Positions 26,871-36,529 of a DNA stretch of 64,000 nucleotides are shown piece after piece. A model generated the notes under the pieces. The model searched no databases. It was not told the origin of the DNA and worked only from the letters and a program-made list of their open reading frames with translations. The stretch's first letter is position 1; every line of letters begins with the position of its first letter. The translations under genes and the position numbers were made by a program. The DNA lies in NCBI GenBank assembly GCA_016184315.1, contig JACPCU010000020.1, positions 21,025-85,024 of the forward strand, written 5' to 3'. The stretch is from Nitrososphaerota archaeon. GTDB lineage: Archaea; Thermoproteota; Nitrososphaeria; Nitrososphaerales; JACQRY01.

Positions 26871-27087
26871 TAATAGGTTGTCACTGTCTATCGTTAACGT
26901 AGCCTTAGAGTAGCAAATTCTTGCCCGAAATATAGCGATGGTGGACGGAAGTAGGTTTACAATAAGCCATCGCTTCTCATGCTATGTTGGGTTAGGAGAA
27001 TCACGGCACGTGCCGTTGAGTTTTATGGTGGGAAACGGGCAGACTCGTAACTAAACCTGTTCAGTTTTCCCGACTCGGCTTACCCAT

Positions 27088-28023
27088 CTACTCTGCTTTG
27101 TGCATTACCCATTCTGCCAGGCCATAATCTACACATAGCTTGGCTACCTCTCTGGGACCGAGATATCTGATTTCTTCGGTCTCAGCTCCACTCTCCATTG
27201 AATAATTTTCTAGGCTATCCTCGGGTGTATGAACCGCGAAGAAGAAGCGAGCATAACCTGCCATTTCAGCAAAGCGATCCTTGTAATCTAAATAGTCTTG
27301 CCGTCCTGCCTTCGATTTAACCTGAACGGAGATCTTTTCATTTGTCACAGGCGAGAGCAGCTCGAGGTCTATCGTTTTCTGTGGCCCGCCCAGCTTGCCG
27401 ATGCGTTTCCAACCAGCACCCCTGAAGATGAGATCAACAAGGAGCTCGAAATCCTTCCAATGAAGGCCTCGAATCAAACTTTCAATATTATCGACTAGAG
27501 TTTTGTATGCTGCCTGAGCCTCTTCGATGCGAGGTGGTGTCTTCCCGTTGATTTTATTGACCAGGTACTCAAATTCCTTGACTTTACAAATAGTGCCCCT
27601 GTAGCCCTGCATGCTTAACAGGCTCCCTCGCAATCTGTCCGTCGACAGTTTGTTATCTTTGACATCGGTGCTTCGCCATTGGTCGATGACTTTCCTGAAC
27701 CTACTACCGTCGCCAAGCTTAGTTACCTCGGGGTTCGAGAAGCACCACCGAAGAGAATTCCCGTGGAAGGTTACCCACAGCACGTCAGTGCCCGCCTCGT
27801 AAAATTCTTTGATCTGATTCAGATCTCGCCTGATAGCCCCTTTGTCGTTTCTTATCTTTTGAAGTTGCTTTTCTACATGATTCCAGCGGCGGGCTACACA
27901 GTCTTCGTGTGAGATTTCATTATAGCCAAACCGTATGGTCTGATTTTCTAAGCACTCTTTTTCCCATCCACCTTCCGATCCAAGCTTTATGTAGCATGCA
28001 CGATTTGGTTTTATCTCCTGCAT
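27088..28023 (-). CDS. Mrr-cat-like PD-(D/E)xK nuclease domain protein with an unknown N-terminal domain
   Basis: The C-terminal half (HWKDFELLVDLIFRGAGW .. TIDLELL .. ISVQVKSK) parallels the Mrr catalytic motifs seen in ORF 498-1481. The N-terminal ~190 aa (ACYIKLGSEGGWEKECLENQTIRFGY..) are unassigned. Confidence 0.6.
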   Translation of the reverse strand: MQEIKPNRACYIKLGSEGGWEKECLENQTIRFGYNEISHEDCVARRWNHVEKQLQKIRNDKGAIRRDLNQIKEFYEAGTDVLWVTFHGNSLRWCFSNPEVTKLGDGSRFRKVIDQWRSTDVKDNKLSTDRLRGSLLSMQGYRGTICKVKEFEYLVNKINGKTPPRIEEAQAAYKTLVDNIESLIRGLHWKDFELLVDLIFRGAGWKRIGKLGGPQKTIDLELLSPVTNEKISVQVKSKAGRQDYLDYKDRFAEMAGYARFFFAVHTPEDSLENYSMESGAETEEIRYLGPREVAKLCVDYGLAEWVMHKAE

Positions 28024-28251
28024 ACGTGATTCAGCAGGCTCTACTACTCCTTAGCTCGGATTTAAGGCATGCTGGGGTGTGGTATACAGGTCTTTGCTAT
28101 ACTCTTCTATCCTTTTTCCCTAAAGACGGCTTGAAATTGAAGTAAAGGTAGCCCGTGACAGGTTCGGTTCCATGTTCGCAAGATCTTATAACGTCAGATA
28201 GGTGTTTTATGCCCTTTTTCTGCCTGAAATATAGCCGAAACATAGCGGAAA

Positions 28252-28327
28252 TGGTAGCCCGGGGCAGATTCGAACTGCCGTCACCGGCTCCAAAGGCCAG
28301 TATGCTTGACCGCTACACCACCGGGCT
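28252..28327 (-). tRNA. tRNA-Gln (anticodon UUG) with encoded CCA
   Basis: The reverse complement reads AGCCCGG..CTGGC-CTTTGGA-GCCGG..GGCAG-TTCGAAT-CTGCC-CCGGGCT-A-CCA. The cloverleaf was checked by hand. Confidence 0.9.
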
Positions 28328-28374
28328 GAAACAGCAGACGCTGAGCCTGTCAACGAACCGACATGATGGGCTCA

Positions 28375-29490
28375 TTAAGCTTTCCCAACCCCAGCTTGTT
28401 CAACCACATCCAACACCTTTTCAACCGGATCCTCCATCCAGTTAAGTAAGCGCTGTGCCTTCTTCTTGATGTCAGTCCTCAGAGATTCCTCCTCCAGATA
28501 TTTAGCCACAGATCTGATTATTCCACGGATGTCCTTGGCTGGCTGAACAAGGCCTCTGCGGGCCAAGAAGCCTAGAACCAGCACCTTGGATCCTCCCATG
28601 AAGGCTGAGACTGTGGGAACCCCTAGGAGAGCTGCTTCCGCAGTCATTGTGCCCCCTAAGCCAACAAATACATCTGTTGACCTCAGAAGGCCGACGCCGT
28701 CAACAGGCTCAGCAGGAACGTAAACATTAGCTGGAAGACCTTGGGAGAACTCTTCGACCTGCTCCTTGTATCGGCACAGGGCGATGATATTGCAGTCAGG
28801 GTGTTCCTGAGCAAGTGAATTGACAAGCATTTTCGCAGAGATTCTAGTATTGCTAAGCATGTAGGCAGCGGAGCTCTCTTCAAGCCTAACTGTGACAGTT
28901 CTTTTGCTCCAGTCTAGGGCGAGAGGAGGCCGTGAAGCAGCGTTTCGCGGCAGCCGTTTCAGCCATGCCGCAGGATCCAGAGCTCTATATCTCGTAATCC
29001 TGTTTCTGGTAATGCCGAAGCGTGTCCATAGGTGAAGAGGGATTATCCAAGGCGTGACCAGCATTGACGAGAGAGGTATCGTGAGCCTCCCTACGCTCTC
29101 CGCGTGGGGCGAGTCGTTTATGCAGATATGTTTGACTCCAAGTCCAAAAGCGACTCTTGCACACTCAGGGGAACTGAAAGATACTGCACAATCAACATTC
29201 TCTCCGGCAATTCTCTTTGCGAGCAGAGCTGAGCGTTCAACACTTGCCTCCAACTTCTCTCTAAGAGCTGCTCCGCCATGTCTACCGATCAACTCAAGGC
29301 TTAGACCTGCAATCGGTGCAAGGCCTTCAACCTCACGGTAATGCCTGGATGTGGCTATTACATGATGCCCTCTCTCCTGGAGCTGAGCAATCAGAGGCTT
29401 GAAGAACAGGAGCTGCTTAGGTGTTAAAACGTCTATCCAGATCTTCAAGACCTCGTCAACAGACAGGGAAGAGACGTTAGTTATAACCAC
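28375..29490 (-). CDS. DUF354-family protein (GT-B / epimerase-like fold, predicted glycosyltransferase)
   Basis: N-terminus KIWIDVLTPKQLLFFKPLIAQLQERGHHVIATSRHYRE..LIGRHGG matches the DUF354/COG1817 pattern from memory. Confidence 0.7.
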   Translation of the reverse strand: MVITNVSSLSVDEVLKIWIDVLTPKQLLFFKPLIAQLQERGHHVIATSRHYREVEGLAPIAGLSLELIGRHGGAALREKLEASVERSALLAKRIAGENVDCAVSFSSPECARVAFGLGVKHICINDSPHAESVGRLTIPLSSMLVTPWIIPLHLWTRFGITRNRITRYRALDPAAWLKRLPRNAASRPPLALDWSKRTVTVRLEESSAAYMLSNTRISAKMLVNSLAQEHPDCNIIALCRYKEQVEEFSQGLPANVYVPAEPVDGVGLLRSTDVFVGLGGTMTAEAALLGVPTVSAFMGGSKVLVLGFLARRGLVQPAKDIRGIIRSVAKYLEEESLRTDIKKKAQRLLNWMEDPVEKVLDVVEQAGVGKA

Positions 29491-29581
29491 TTTCCGAACG
29501 ATTTGTCAGAAACAGGCTCATAGCAAGAATAGAACAAAGGATGGAGGTGGGAGATGGCTTCTCCCACATCGGGTTTTGCTG

Positions 29582-30262
29582 TTAGACGATGGCTGATATT
29601 TTTTCCTGAGAGATCTTCTCGAATACTCCCTGCTGCTTTCTGACAACTCCGAATTCGAGTCTTCCCTTGTCTCCAGACGGCTCGGTGATGGCTTTCACGG
29701 CTAATTGCATTCCCTGCTCGAAGGACAGGTCTTCTCGGTAGCCTTGAAGCAGAATCTCCATGGCTTTGTCGGAGTCTTGTCCTACTGATGCAGCCTTGCC
29801 GTTAGAGTATGTTCCTCCAGGCTCTATCTGGTAGAGTTGGAGCCCCAGCTGATCTGCTCCTCCGAGGATCATCGATGCTCCAGGAGGTCTCACCGTGTAC
29901 AGGGTGAAGGAGTGGAAGTAGGCGCCCAGATGCTTAGCTAAGGAGAGAACATCTAAGGGCGTATCATACACGAGTCTGTGGCGCTGAGCCTGAACTCTGG
30001 CTTCATCCACCAGCTGCACCAAGTCTCCTACGTACCCGGATCCGGTTGCTCCCACATGGTCGTCGACTACGAAGATTTTCTCCGGGGCTTCCATGAGAGG
30101 CTTCGGTTGTCTAACCAGGCTTGCTAGGAGCACGTACTCCTTGGTCTTGAAGCCTATGGTCGTGGAGCCTCTTCGCACTGCTTCGAGAGCCGCGTCAACC
30201 TGGATTAGTCTGCCTTCAGGCCCGTAGAAGAAGGGATATCTGTATGGAGGGGCTTCGCTCAT
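29582..30262 (-). CDS. psmA: proteasome alpha-type subunit (divergent N-terminus)
   Basis: GPEGRLIQVDAALEAVRRGSTTIGFK and the overall alpha-subunit layout. The canonical YDRAITVFSPDGR is replaced by YRYPFFYGPEGR. Confidence 0.85.
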   Translation of the reverse strand: MSEAPPYRYPFFYGPEGRLIQVDAALEAVRRGSTTIGFKTKEYVLLASLVRQPKPLMEAPEKIFVVDDHVGATGSGYVGDLVQLVDEARVQAQRHRLVYDTPLDVLSLAKHLGAYFHSFTLYTVRPPGASMILGGADQLGLQLYQIEPGGTYSNGKAASVGQDSDKAMEILLQGYREDLSFEQGMQLAVKAITEPSGDKGRLEFGVVRKQQGVFEKISQEKISAIV

Positions 30263-30850
30263 TTAGTTCGCCTCCTTCGAGACCGTTGCTGAGCCGTTCA
30301 GCGAAATGGTTACCGTGACCACACCGTTCCCAGAGCCGGGGTCACGCTCCATGGCTGCTCTAACAGCTTTTTCAGCGAGCTGCTTGGCCTCATCTAAGCT
30401 GATACCCTCTTTGTAGCCTCCTTCTAAAACACCGTAGGCCAATGGGGAACCTGACCCTGAGGAAGCGAAGTTCTCCGTTGTAAGTGAACCGCTTATGTCC
30501 GCTGCGTAGATATGAGCACCCTGGGGGTCTACTCCTGCAACCAGCAGGTCTGCGAAGAAGGGTTGATACGACCTCATACCCGAGTAAGCTATGTTTGAGA
30601 TCAGCTTTGCAGTCTCCTTAACACTCAAAGGGAAGTTTCTTCGGAGACCTATCAGCTTCCTCTCTGCTTTGGCAAGTTTGATCACGTACTCCGCATCCGA
30701 CATGAGGCCAGACATGGCCACGGAAATAGAGTCGTCTAGAGGATAGATCTTCTGGACGTCTTTGGAGCCTACGAAGAAGCCTTTGCTCGCACGTCTATCA
30801 GATGCGAGCGCTACACCTTCGCCGCTCTTGACCGCCACTATTGTCGTCAT
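30263..30850 (-). CDS. psmB: proteasome beta-type subunit, no propeptide
   Basis: Starts MTTIVAV (Thr directly after the initiator Met). Asp17 and Lys33 equivalents are present. Contains GSGSPLAYGVLE. Confidence 0.9.
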   Translation of the reverse strand: MTTIVAVKSGEGVALASDRRASKGFFVGSKDVQKIYPLDDSISVAMSGLMSDAEYVIKLAKAERKLIGLRRNFPLSVKETAKLISNIAYSGMRSYQPFFADLLVAGVDPQGAHIYAADISGSLTTENFASSGSGSPLAYGVLEGGYKEGISLDEAKQLAEKAVRAAMERDPGSGNGVVTVTISLNGSATVSKEAN

Positions 30851-30924
30851 GTCTTGTCACCAGTAATATGGAAAAGAAGGTTAGATGACGACTAGTAAAC
30901 GGGAAACCTGGTCACAAACAGCGT

Positions 30925-31572
30925 CTATGATGCTCTAGGTTCACTAGACTCTGAGCTTAGTAGCATTACTCCGCTTCCAAGCTGCTTCGTGTAGAAGCTG
31001 GCGAGATGCCTATACAATTCATGAGCCGCTATAAGAGCCCTCCTCATGTCCACTGATTCTCCTACTCTTGCCTGTATGGTCATGGATCCATCTCTGACTC
31101 GGAGATCTACTTGCACATCTCCTTTCTCGGTGATCCATGTTAGGACTGCTTCACCTTCAGTCTCAGCGTATCTAAGCCAGCGTAGGCTCCCGAACCATGA
31201 GCCACGCAGAGCTGTGAACAGGGTCTTAGTGTCCACGAAGGGTGGAACGTAAGCTCGAATAACTGGGAGTGTTCGCTCGGATCCGCCTTCTGACAGGGGT
31301 AGGCGGGGTGCTGCTTTCCTGTTTAGCCGGTAGCCGTCAGGGGTCCTTTCTACGAACCCGTCGCGGTGGAGCCTTGCTAATGCCCGTGAGAGGGTTTCTT
31401 GATGCATGCCGAGCTTTCTCTTCAGCCCTTGGAAGGATACTGTTGATTCGCCTTCGGTGCCAAGAGCCTTCAAGATCTCAATCTCTCGGCTGCTCAGCTC
31501 ATAGTCCTCCTCGAAGGCTTCTACGCTGGCACCCATCTCTAAGGGTTTCAAGGCTGCATCATGCTCCTCCAT
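30925..31572 (-). CDS. winged-helix transcriptional regulator with an unknown C-terminal domain
   Basis: wHTH: LSSREIEILKALGTEGESTVSFQGLKRKLGMHQETLSRALARLHRDGFVERTPDGYRL. Lies upstream of psmB-psmA on the same strand. Confidence 0.6.
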   Translation of the reverse strand: MEEHDAALKPLEMGASVEAFEEDYELSSREIEILKALGTEGESTVSFQGLKRKLGMHQETLSRALARLHRDGFVERTPDGYRLNRKAAPRLPLSEGGSERTLPVIRAYVPPFVDTKTLFTALRGSWFGSLRWLRYAETEGEAVLTWITEKGDVQVDLRVRDGSMTIQARVGESVDMRRALIAAHELYRHLASFYTKQLGSGVMLLSSESSEPRAS

Positions 31573-31670
31573 CGGTAGTTTACTCTGGTCTCCAACATGT
31601 AATCCAAAGAGCAGTATTTAATGACTAAGTTTGAACAACCAGCTCTGTCTTATTGTTGCAGTAAACCCGT

Positions 31671-32081
31671 CTAAGATAAATCAGCATCCTTTTCCATAGC
31701 TTGACCTATGTAGCTGTAGACGCCTACTTTCAAGACTTTGAGCGCTAGAAGGGCGCATTTGATCCTCGCCGGTCCGAGATCGGGGTTTCCCAGATTATCC
31801 AAGACATCCTTTTTGCCTATTGCTCTTACTTCGTCCAAGGTTTTGCCTTGAACCAGCTCTGTTAGCATAGACGCTGAAGCGCGGCTGATGGCGCATCCCT
31901 GACCGTTGAATCTAACGTCTTTCACGATACCCTTAGCGTCGACCTTCATCTGGATCTCTATCACATCCCCACAAAGAGGATTCGAATCCTTCGCCTTAAT
32001 GTCAGGGTTCTCCAACTCACCGAAGTTCCTAGGATTCTTGTAATGGTCGAGTATGATCTCTCTGTATATATCGTAGGTCAT
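31671..32081 (-). CDS. sufU: Fe-S cluster assembly sulfur-transfer/scaffold protein SufU
   Basis: Contains ILDHYKNPRNFG, NPLCGD, GQGCAIS and IKCALLA. Confidence 0.9.
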   Translation of the reverse strand: MTYDIYREIILDHYKNPRNFGELENPDIKAKDSNPLCGDVIEIQMKVDAKGIVKDVRFNGQGCAISRASASMLTELVQGKTLDEVRAIGKKDVLDNLGNPDLGPARIKCALLALKVLKVGVYSYIGQAMEKDADLS

Positions 32082-33316
32082 GCGAACACCTGGCGGACCT
32101 TTTCCAGGCCACCAGCTAATAAGTCGACCTCCTCCTCCTTGTTATACAGATAGAAACTGGCCCTCGCCGTCGCGGGCACATTAAGCCTCTCCATGAGAGG
32201 CATTGCGCAGTGATGCCCGGCCCTGATAGCGATCCCTTCTCCGTCTAGGATGGACGCTATGTCATGGGGATGAGCAGAATCCATAGTGAATGCGACTACT
32301 CCACCGCGACTATCAACATCAGGGGGACCGTAGATCCTTACCCCCTTAACCTCTGATAGTTTCTCAAGGGCGTACCCAGTGATCTTCTCCTCATGGGCCC
32401 TCACATTAGACATACCTAGGTTCTGCAGGAAGTCTACTGCTACACCCAAACCTATGGCGCCCTCAATATGCATGGTGCCCGCCTCAAACTTCCATGGGAC
32501 ATCATTCCACTTGGCATCCCTCAAGTGAACCTCTCTAATCATGTCGCCTCCACCTAGGAAGGGAGGCATCTCCTCCAACAGCTCTTTGCGAGCATACAGA
32601 AAGCCGCTTCCAGTCGGGGCCAGCATCTTGTGGCCAGAAGCGGTCAGAAAATCGCATCCAATATCCTGAATGTCCACTAGCATATGAGGAACAGACTGAG
32701 CACCGTCAAGAAGCACCGTTATTCCGTTACTATGGGCTTTCCTGACGATCTCTTTCACAGGGTTGACTGTTCCCAGCACGTTGGAAACATGGGTTAGAGC
32801 GAGCAGTTTGGCTCCACGTTCAATCAGTTCGTCGAGTTCATCGGTTTTGAGCTTGCCTTCCTCATCGATATCCACGTATTCAAGCTCCGCCTTCTTCTCT
32901 TTGGCCAGCAGCTGCCAGGGAATAATATTGCTGTGATGCTCCATCACTGTGAGAATGATCTTGTCGCCCTGAGCGATATTCTTCCTACCCCAGCTATATG
33001 CCACGAGGTTAATAGCTTCTGTGGTTCCTCTTGTAAACACGATTTCAGCAGGCTCTTTAGCGTTGATGAAGGATGCTGTCTTCTTCCTAGCTCCCTCGTA
33101 CTCCGCTGTTGCTTCCTCGCTTATCTGATAGACTCCTCGATGCACGTTAGCGTTATACTCAGAGTAATACCTGCAAATAGCGTCAATAACAGCTTGAGGC
33201 TTCTGGGATGTTGCGCCGCTGTCGAGATAAATCAAAGGTTTCCCGTGGACCGTTCTCCTCAATATGGGGAACTGCCTGCGGATCTCCTCGACATTCAAAA
33301 CCTTTGAAGTTAACAC
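32078..33316 (-). CDS. sufS: cysteine desulfurase SufS
   Basis: 412 aa. Contains YLDSGATSQKP, SGHKMLAPTG (PLP Lys) and RAGHHCA. Confidence 0.95.
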   Translation of the reverse strand: MLTSKVLNVEEIRRQFPILRRTVHGKPLIYLDSGATSQKPQAVIDAICRYYSEYNANVHRGVYQISEEATAEYEGARKKTASFINAKEPAEIVFTRGTTEAINLVAYSWGRKNIAQGDKIILTVMEHHSNIIPWQLLAKEKKAELEYVDIDEEGKLKTDELDELIERGAKLLALTHVSNVLGTVNPVKEIVRKAHSNGITVLLDGAQSVPHMLVDIQDIGCDFLTASGHKMLAPTGSGFLYARKELLEEMPPFLGGGDMIREVHLRDAKWNDVPWKFEAGTMHIEGAIGLGVAVDFLQNLGMSNVRAHEEKITGYALEKLSEVKGVRIYGPPDVDSRGGVVAFTMDSAHPHDIASILDGEGIAIRAGHHCAMPLMERLNVPATARASFYLYNKEEEVDLLAGGLEKVRQVFA

Positions 33317-33355
33317 AAGTTACTCCCCCATATTAACACATACCGATAGTGGTTC

Positions 33356-33727
33356 CTAAGGTATCTGAACATATATCCTTGAACCCTGTATTTTAACGTT
33401 AAACATCTTCAACGGAATCGTGGCAGGAGGATTCAACGCTTCACCTGTAGTCACGTCGAACTGGGATAAGTGGAGGGGACAGGTAATGCGGTTCTCCATC
33501 AGAAACCCAATGGAGAGATCAGCTTCCTCATGGGTGCATGTGCCGTCCATAGCATGTATCTGACCGTTATGGTTGACCACCAAGATCCTCTTTCCCTCAT
33601 ACTCCAAGCCCTTCATGGAGCCTGATGGGAGATCGTTAACATCGCAGACCTCTACCATCTCCGCCATACCGCTGCGCCTTGAATAACCATTCCGCGGGAT
33701 GTTATCTGCCTCTTTCCCACTTTTCAT
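33356..33727 (-). CDS. Rieske [2Fe-2S] domain protein
   Basis: CTHEEADLS ... CPLHLSQF Rieske ligand boxes. The likely true start is MAEMVEV at 33667, which removes the overlap with sufD. Confidence 0.85.
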   Translation of the reverse strand: MKSGKEADNIPRNGYSRRSGMAEMVEVCDVNDLPSGSMKGLEYEGKRILVVNHNGQIHAMDGTCTHEEADLSIGFLMENRITCPLHLSQFDVTTGEALNPPATIPLKMFNVKIQGSRIYVQIP

Positions 33728-35024
33728 CGAGGAAGCCTGCTACCCTTTCTTTCAAGTCAGGAAGCTGCACTTTGCGCAGCGCTGACTCAAAGAACCCTTT
33801 CACAATGACTGAGCGAGCTGTCTGCTCGTCAAGCCCCCTAGTCATAAGGTAGAAGATCTGTTCCTCGTCGATCTGGGCTACAGAAGCAGAATGTGAGCAC
33901 TTCACGTCGTTGGTCTCTATTTCCAGAGCCGGGATGGCGTCAGCCCTAGCCTGAGGGTTAAGCAAAAGAGAGTGCTCAGATAGGAACGAGTTTGAGCCTA
34001 TGCCTGTTTTACCTATCTTGATCATGCCTTTGAACATACCCTTAGATTTGTCTTTGAAGACACCCGTCGAATAGATGTCGCCTGTAGTATGCTGACCAAT
34101 ATGGCTCAAAGTGGATGCTAAGTCGAATTGCTGCTCGCCGGATCCGAATACGACTTCAACCTGCTGAGCATTTGCACCCGGGCCGTCTAGAATCGCACTG
34201 GTGTTGGCCCTCGTGAATTGTCCTCCGAGGGGGCACGCAACCCAGTTCAGATTGCTATCTCGTCCGCTGAGAGCTCTTCTGTTTGTGAAGATCACCACAT
34301 TGTTGCTGAAACTCTGTATGTCAGCTGTGTTCAGCTCAGCCCCCTCTCCCAAGTGAATCTCTAAGACGTTGCTCTGAAGGGACTGAATCTTGTTGGTCTG
34401 ATGGTCTCCTGAGTAGCCTTCCTCAACAAAAGTGGCCTTGCTACCATTACCCATCACAATTATCGACAGGTTGAACATTCCTACGCCGAGTTTGTTGAGT
34501 ACCTTGACGCTGCGGGTAGGTGCCTCTAGATGCACGTCGTTGGGAACGTAAAGAAAGACTCCGTTGGCGAAGAGGGCTGTGTTCAGGGCTACCAGCTTAT
34601 CCTCCTCAGCTTTGATCGCCCTGTTCCTGAAGTAAGGCTCTATCAGGTCGCGGTGCTGTTTGATGGCTGTGGAGATATCTGTGAAGATAACTTTCTTCCT
34701 AGCTAATTCTGCTGCGGGTGAAACCTTTGCAAGTGAAGAGTCCACTTGAAGATGGAGACTACTTTCACTTGACTCTTTGATGTAGGTCTCCAACTCGGCG
34801 GGAAGATTAGATGATCTGGGTGAGGGGAGAGCTTCCAGCGTTTTCAGGTCGACGCTTCTGAGATCTGTGTGGCGCACATACATGCTGGACTGTTCTAATG
34901 GAGTCTTCTCGAAGGTTTCCCATGCCTTCAAACGGATCTCTGCTAGCCAGTCAGGTTCCGATCTGAGCTTGATCAGTTCCTTTACTGTTTCGCGTGAGAC
35001 TCCCGCCAACGCTAGTTCGGACAC
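33702..35024 (-). CDS. sufD: Fe-S cluster assembly protein SufD
   Basis: 440 aa. The C-terminal beta-helix region ends with DEEQIFYLMTRGLDEQTARSVIVKGF. Confidence 0.9.
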   Translation of the reverse strand: MSELALAGVSRETVKELIKLRSEPDWLAEIRLKAWETFEKTPLEQSSMYVRHTDLRSVDLKTLEALPSPRSSNLPAELETYIKESSESSLHLQVDSSLAKVSPAAELARKKVIFTDISTAIKQHRDLIEPYFRNRAIKAEEDKLVALNTALFANGVFLYVPNDVHLEAPTRSVKVLNKLGVGMFNLSIIVMGNGSKATFVEEGYSGDHQTNKIQSLQSNVLEIHLGEGAELNTADIQSFSNNVVIFTNRRALSGRDSNLNWVACPLGGQFTRANTSAILDGPGANAQQVEVVFGSGEQQFDLASTLSHIGQHTTGDIYSTGVFKDKSKGMFKGMIKIGKTGIGSNSFLSEHSLLLNPQARADAIPALEIETNDVKCSHSASVAQIDEEQIFYLMTRGLDEQTARSVIVKGFFESALRKVQLPDLKERVAGFLDEKWERGR

Positions 35025-35078
35025 TGGTCTTCACTTGTCCATGGAATGATTCTAAGGGGTTTCTTAAGGGATGCTCCT

Positions 35079-36488
35079 TTAGCCGACTCCGCCTGACATC
35101 TCTAGGGCCATCAGTCGGTTCATCTCCACTGCGTAGGTCATAGGCAGCTCTTTGGTGAATGGTTCGATGAAGCCCATGACGATCATGTTGTATGCTTCGA
35201 CTTCGCTGAGGCCTCTGGACATCAGGTAGAAGATCTGGTCTTCGCCGATTTTGCCTACGGTAGCCTCATGGGAGATGGTGGCTGTGTCGTCGTTGATCTC
35301 AACGTAGGGATATGTGTCTGTCCGGGACTCTTCGTCGAGGAGCAGAGCGTCGCACCTGACATGGGATGTTACGTGGTGAGCACCCTTCGCTACGTGGAGT
35401 AGGCCTCGGTAGCTGGTTCTACCGCCGTCCTTGGAGACGGATTTGGAGGTTATTCGTGAATAGGTGTGGGGAGCCATGTGGACGGCTTTGGCGCCCGCGT
35501 CCTGATGTCTTCCTCTACCGGCGTATGCTACGGAGATGACCTCCGCTCTTGATCTGGGACCGAGTAGATAGACTGAAGGATACTTCATGGTAAGTTTGCT
35601 ACCTATGTTGGCGTCGATCCACTCTACGGCTGCATCTTCGTAGGCGTAGGCTCTCTTGGTGACGAGGTTGTAAACGTCTTTGGACCAATTCTGGATAGTT
35701 GTGTACCGTACCTTAGCACTCTTCTTGGCTATTATTTCGACTACGGCTGAGTGTATGGACTGCTTAGAGTAAACTGGTGCAGTGCATCCTTCGATATAGT
35801 GGACTGAGGCTCCTTCGTCAACAATGATAAGAGTACGTTCGAACTGACCCATGTTTGCAGCGTTGATCCTGAAATAGGCTTGGAGAGGCATTTCAACGTG
35901 GACGCCCGGAGGGACGTAGACGAAGCTTCCTCCGCTCCAAACCGCGCTGTTCAGGGCCGCGAACTTGTTGTCATTAGGAGGGATGACTGTGCCGAAATAC
36001 TTCTTGAAGATGTCAGGATACTTTCTGAGACCTGAATCTGTGTCGAGGAAGACTACTCCTTTATCCTCCAGATCTTTGAGGAGGCTGTGGTAAACAACCT
36101 CAGACTCGTATTGGGCTCCTACACCGGAGAGAAACTTCTGTTCAGCTTCAGGTATGCCCAAGCGGTCAAAGGTCTTCCGGATGCTTTCAGGAACATCCTC
36201 CCAGGACTGGCTATTCCTGTCAGTGGGCTTCATGTAATAATAGATGTTGTTGAAATCTATCTCTGACAGGTCTCCGCCCCAATTGGGCATTGGTCTTGAA
36301 TCAAAGTGTTCGAGGGCTTTCAGTCTGAACCTTGTCATCCATTCAGGCTCATTCTTCATGCGGGAGATGTCTTGGACTACTTGTGAGGAGAGGCCTTTCT
36401 CGCTCTTGTAGGTGTAGTTGTCGGTGCTGTCCTTGAAGTCGTATTTGCTATAATCGAAGTTTAGAAGTTCTTTGGTTTCCGTGGTCAT
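35079..36488 (-). CDS. sufB: Fe-S cluster assembly protein SufB
   Basis: 469 aa. Contains [10 protein letters not shown] and [26 protein letters not shown]. Confidence 0.95.
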   Translation of the reverse strand: MTTETKELLNFDYSKYDFKDSTDNYTYKSEKGLSSQVVQDISRMKNEPEWMTRFRLKALEHFDSRPMPNWGGDLSEIDFNNIYYYMKPTDRNSQSWEDVPESIRKTFDRLGIPEAEQKFLSGVGAQYESEVVYHSLLKDLEDKGVVFLDTDSGLRKYPDIFKKYFGTVIPPNDNKFAALNSAVWSGGSFVYVPPGVHVEMPLQAYFRINAANMGQFERTLIIVDEGASVHYIEGCTAPVYSKQSIHSAVVEIIAKKSAKVRYTTIQNWSKDVYNLVTKRAYAYEDAAVEWIDANIGSKLTMKYPSVYLLGPRSRAEVISVAYAGRGRHQDAGAKAVHMAPHTYSRITSKSVSKDGGRTSYRGLLHVAKGAHHVTSHVRCDALLLDEESRTDTYPYVEINDDTATISHEATVGKIGEDQIFYLMSRGLSEVEAYNMIVMGFIEPFTKELPMTYAVEMNRLMALEMSGGVG

Positions 36489-36529
36489 TTACATCAACTC
36501 TTTACATAAATTTGCATGCATTTAACTCT

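Larger units (their letters stand above)
26831..28261. mobile_element. integrase-less islet downstream of tRNA-Gln, bounded by direct repeats
   Basis: The direct repeat includes the tRNA 3' terminus (CGGGCTACCA on the tRNA strand). It encloses 1.35 kb with a single nuclease-like gene. Confidence 0.55.
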
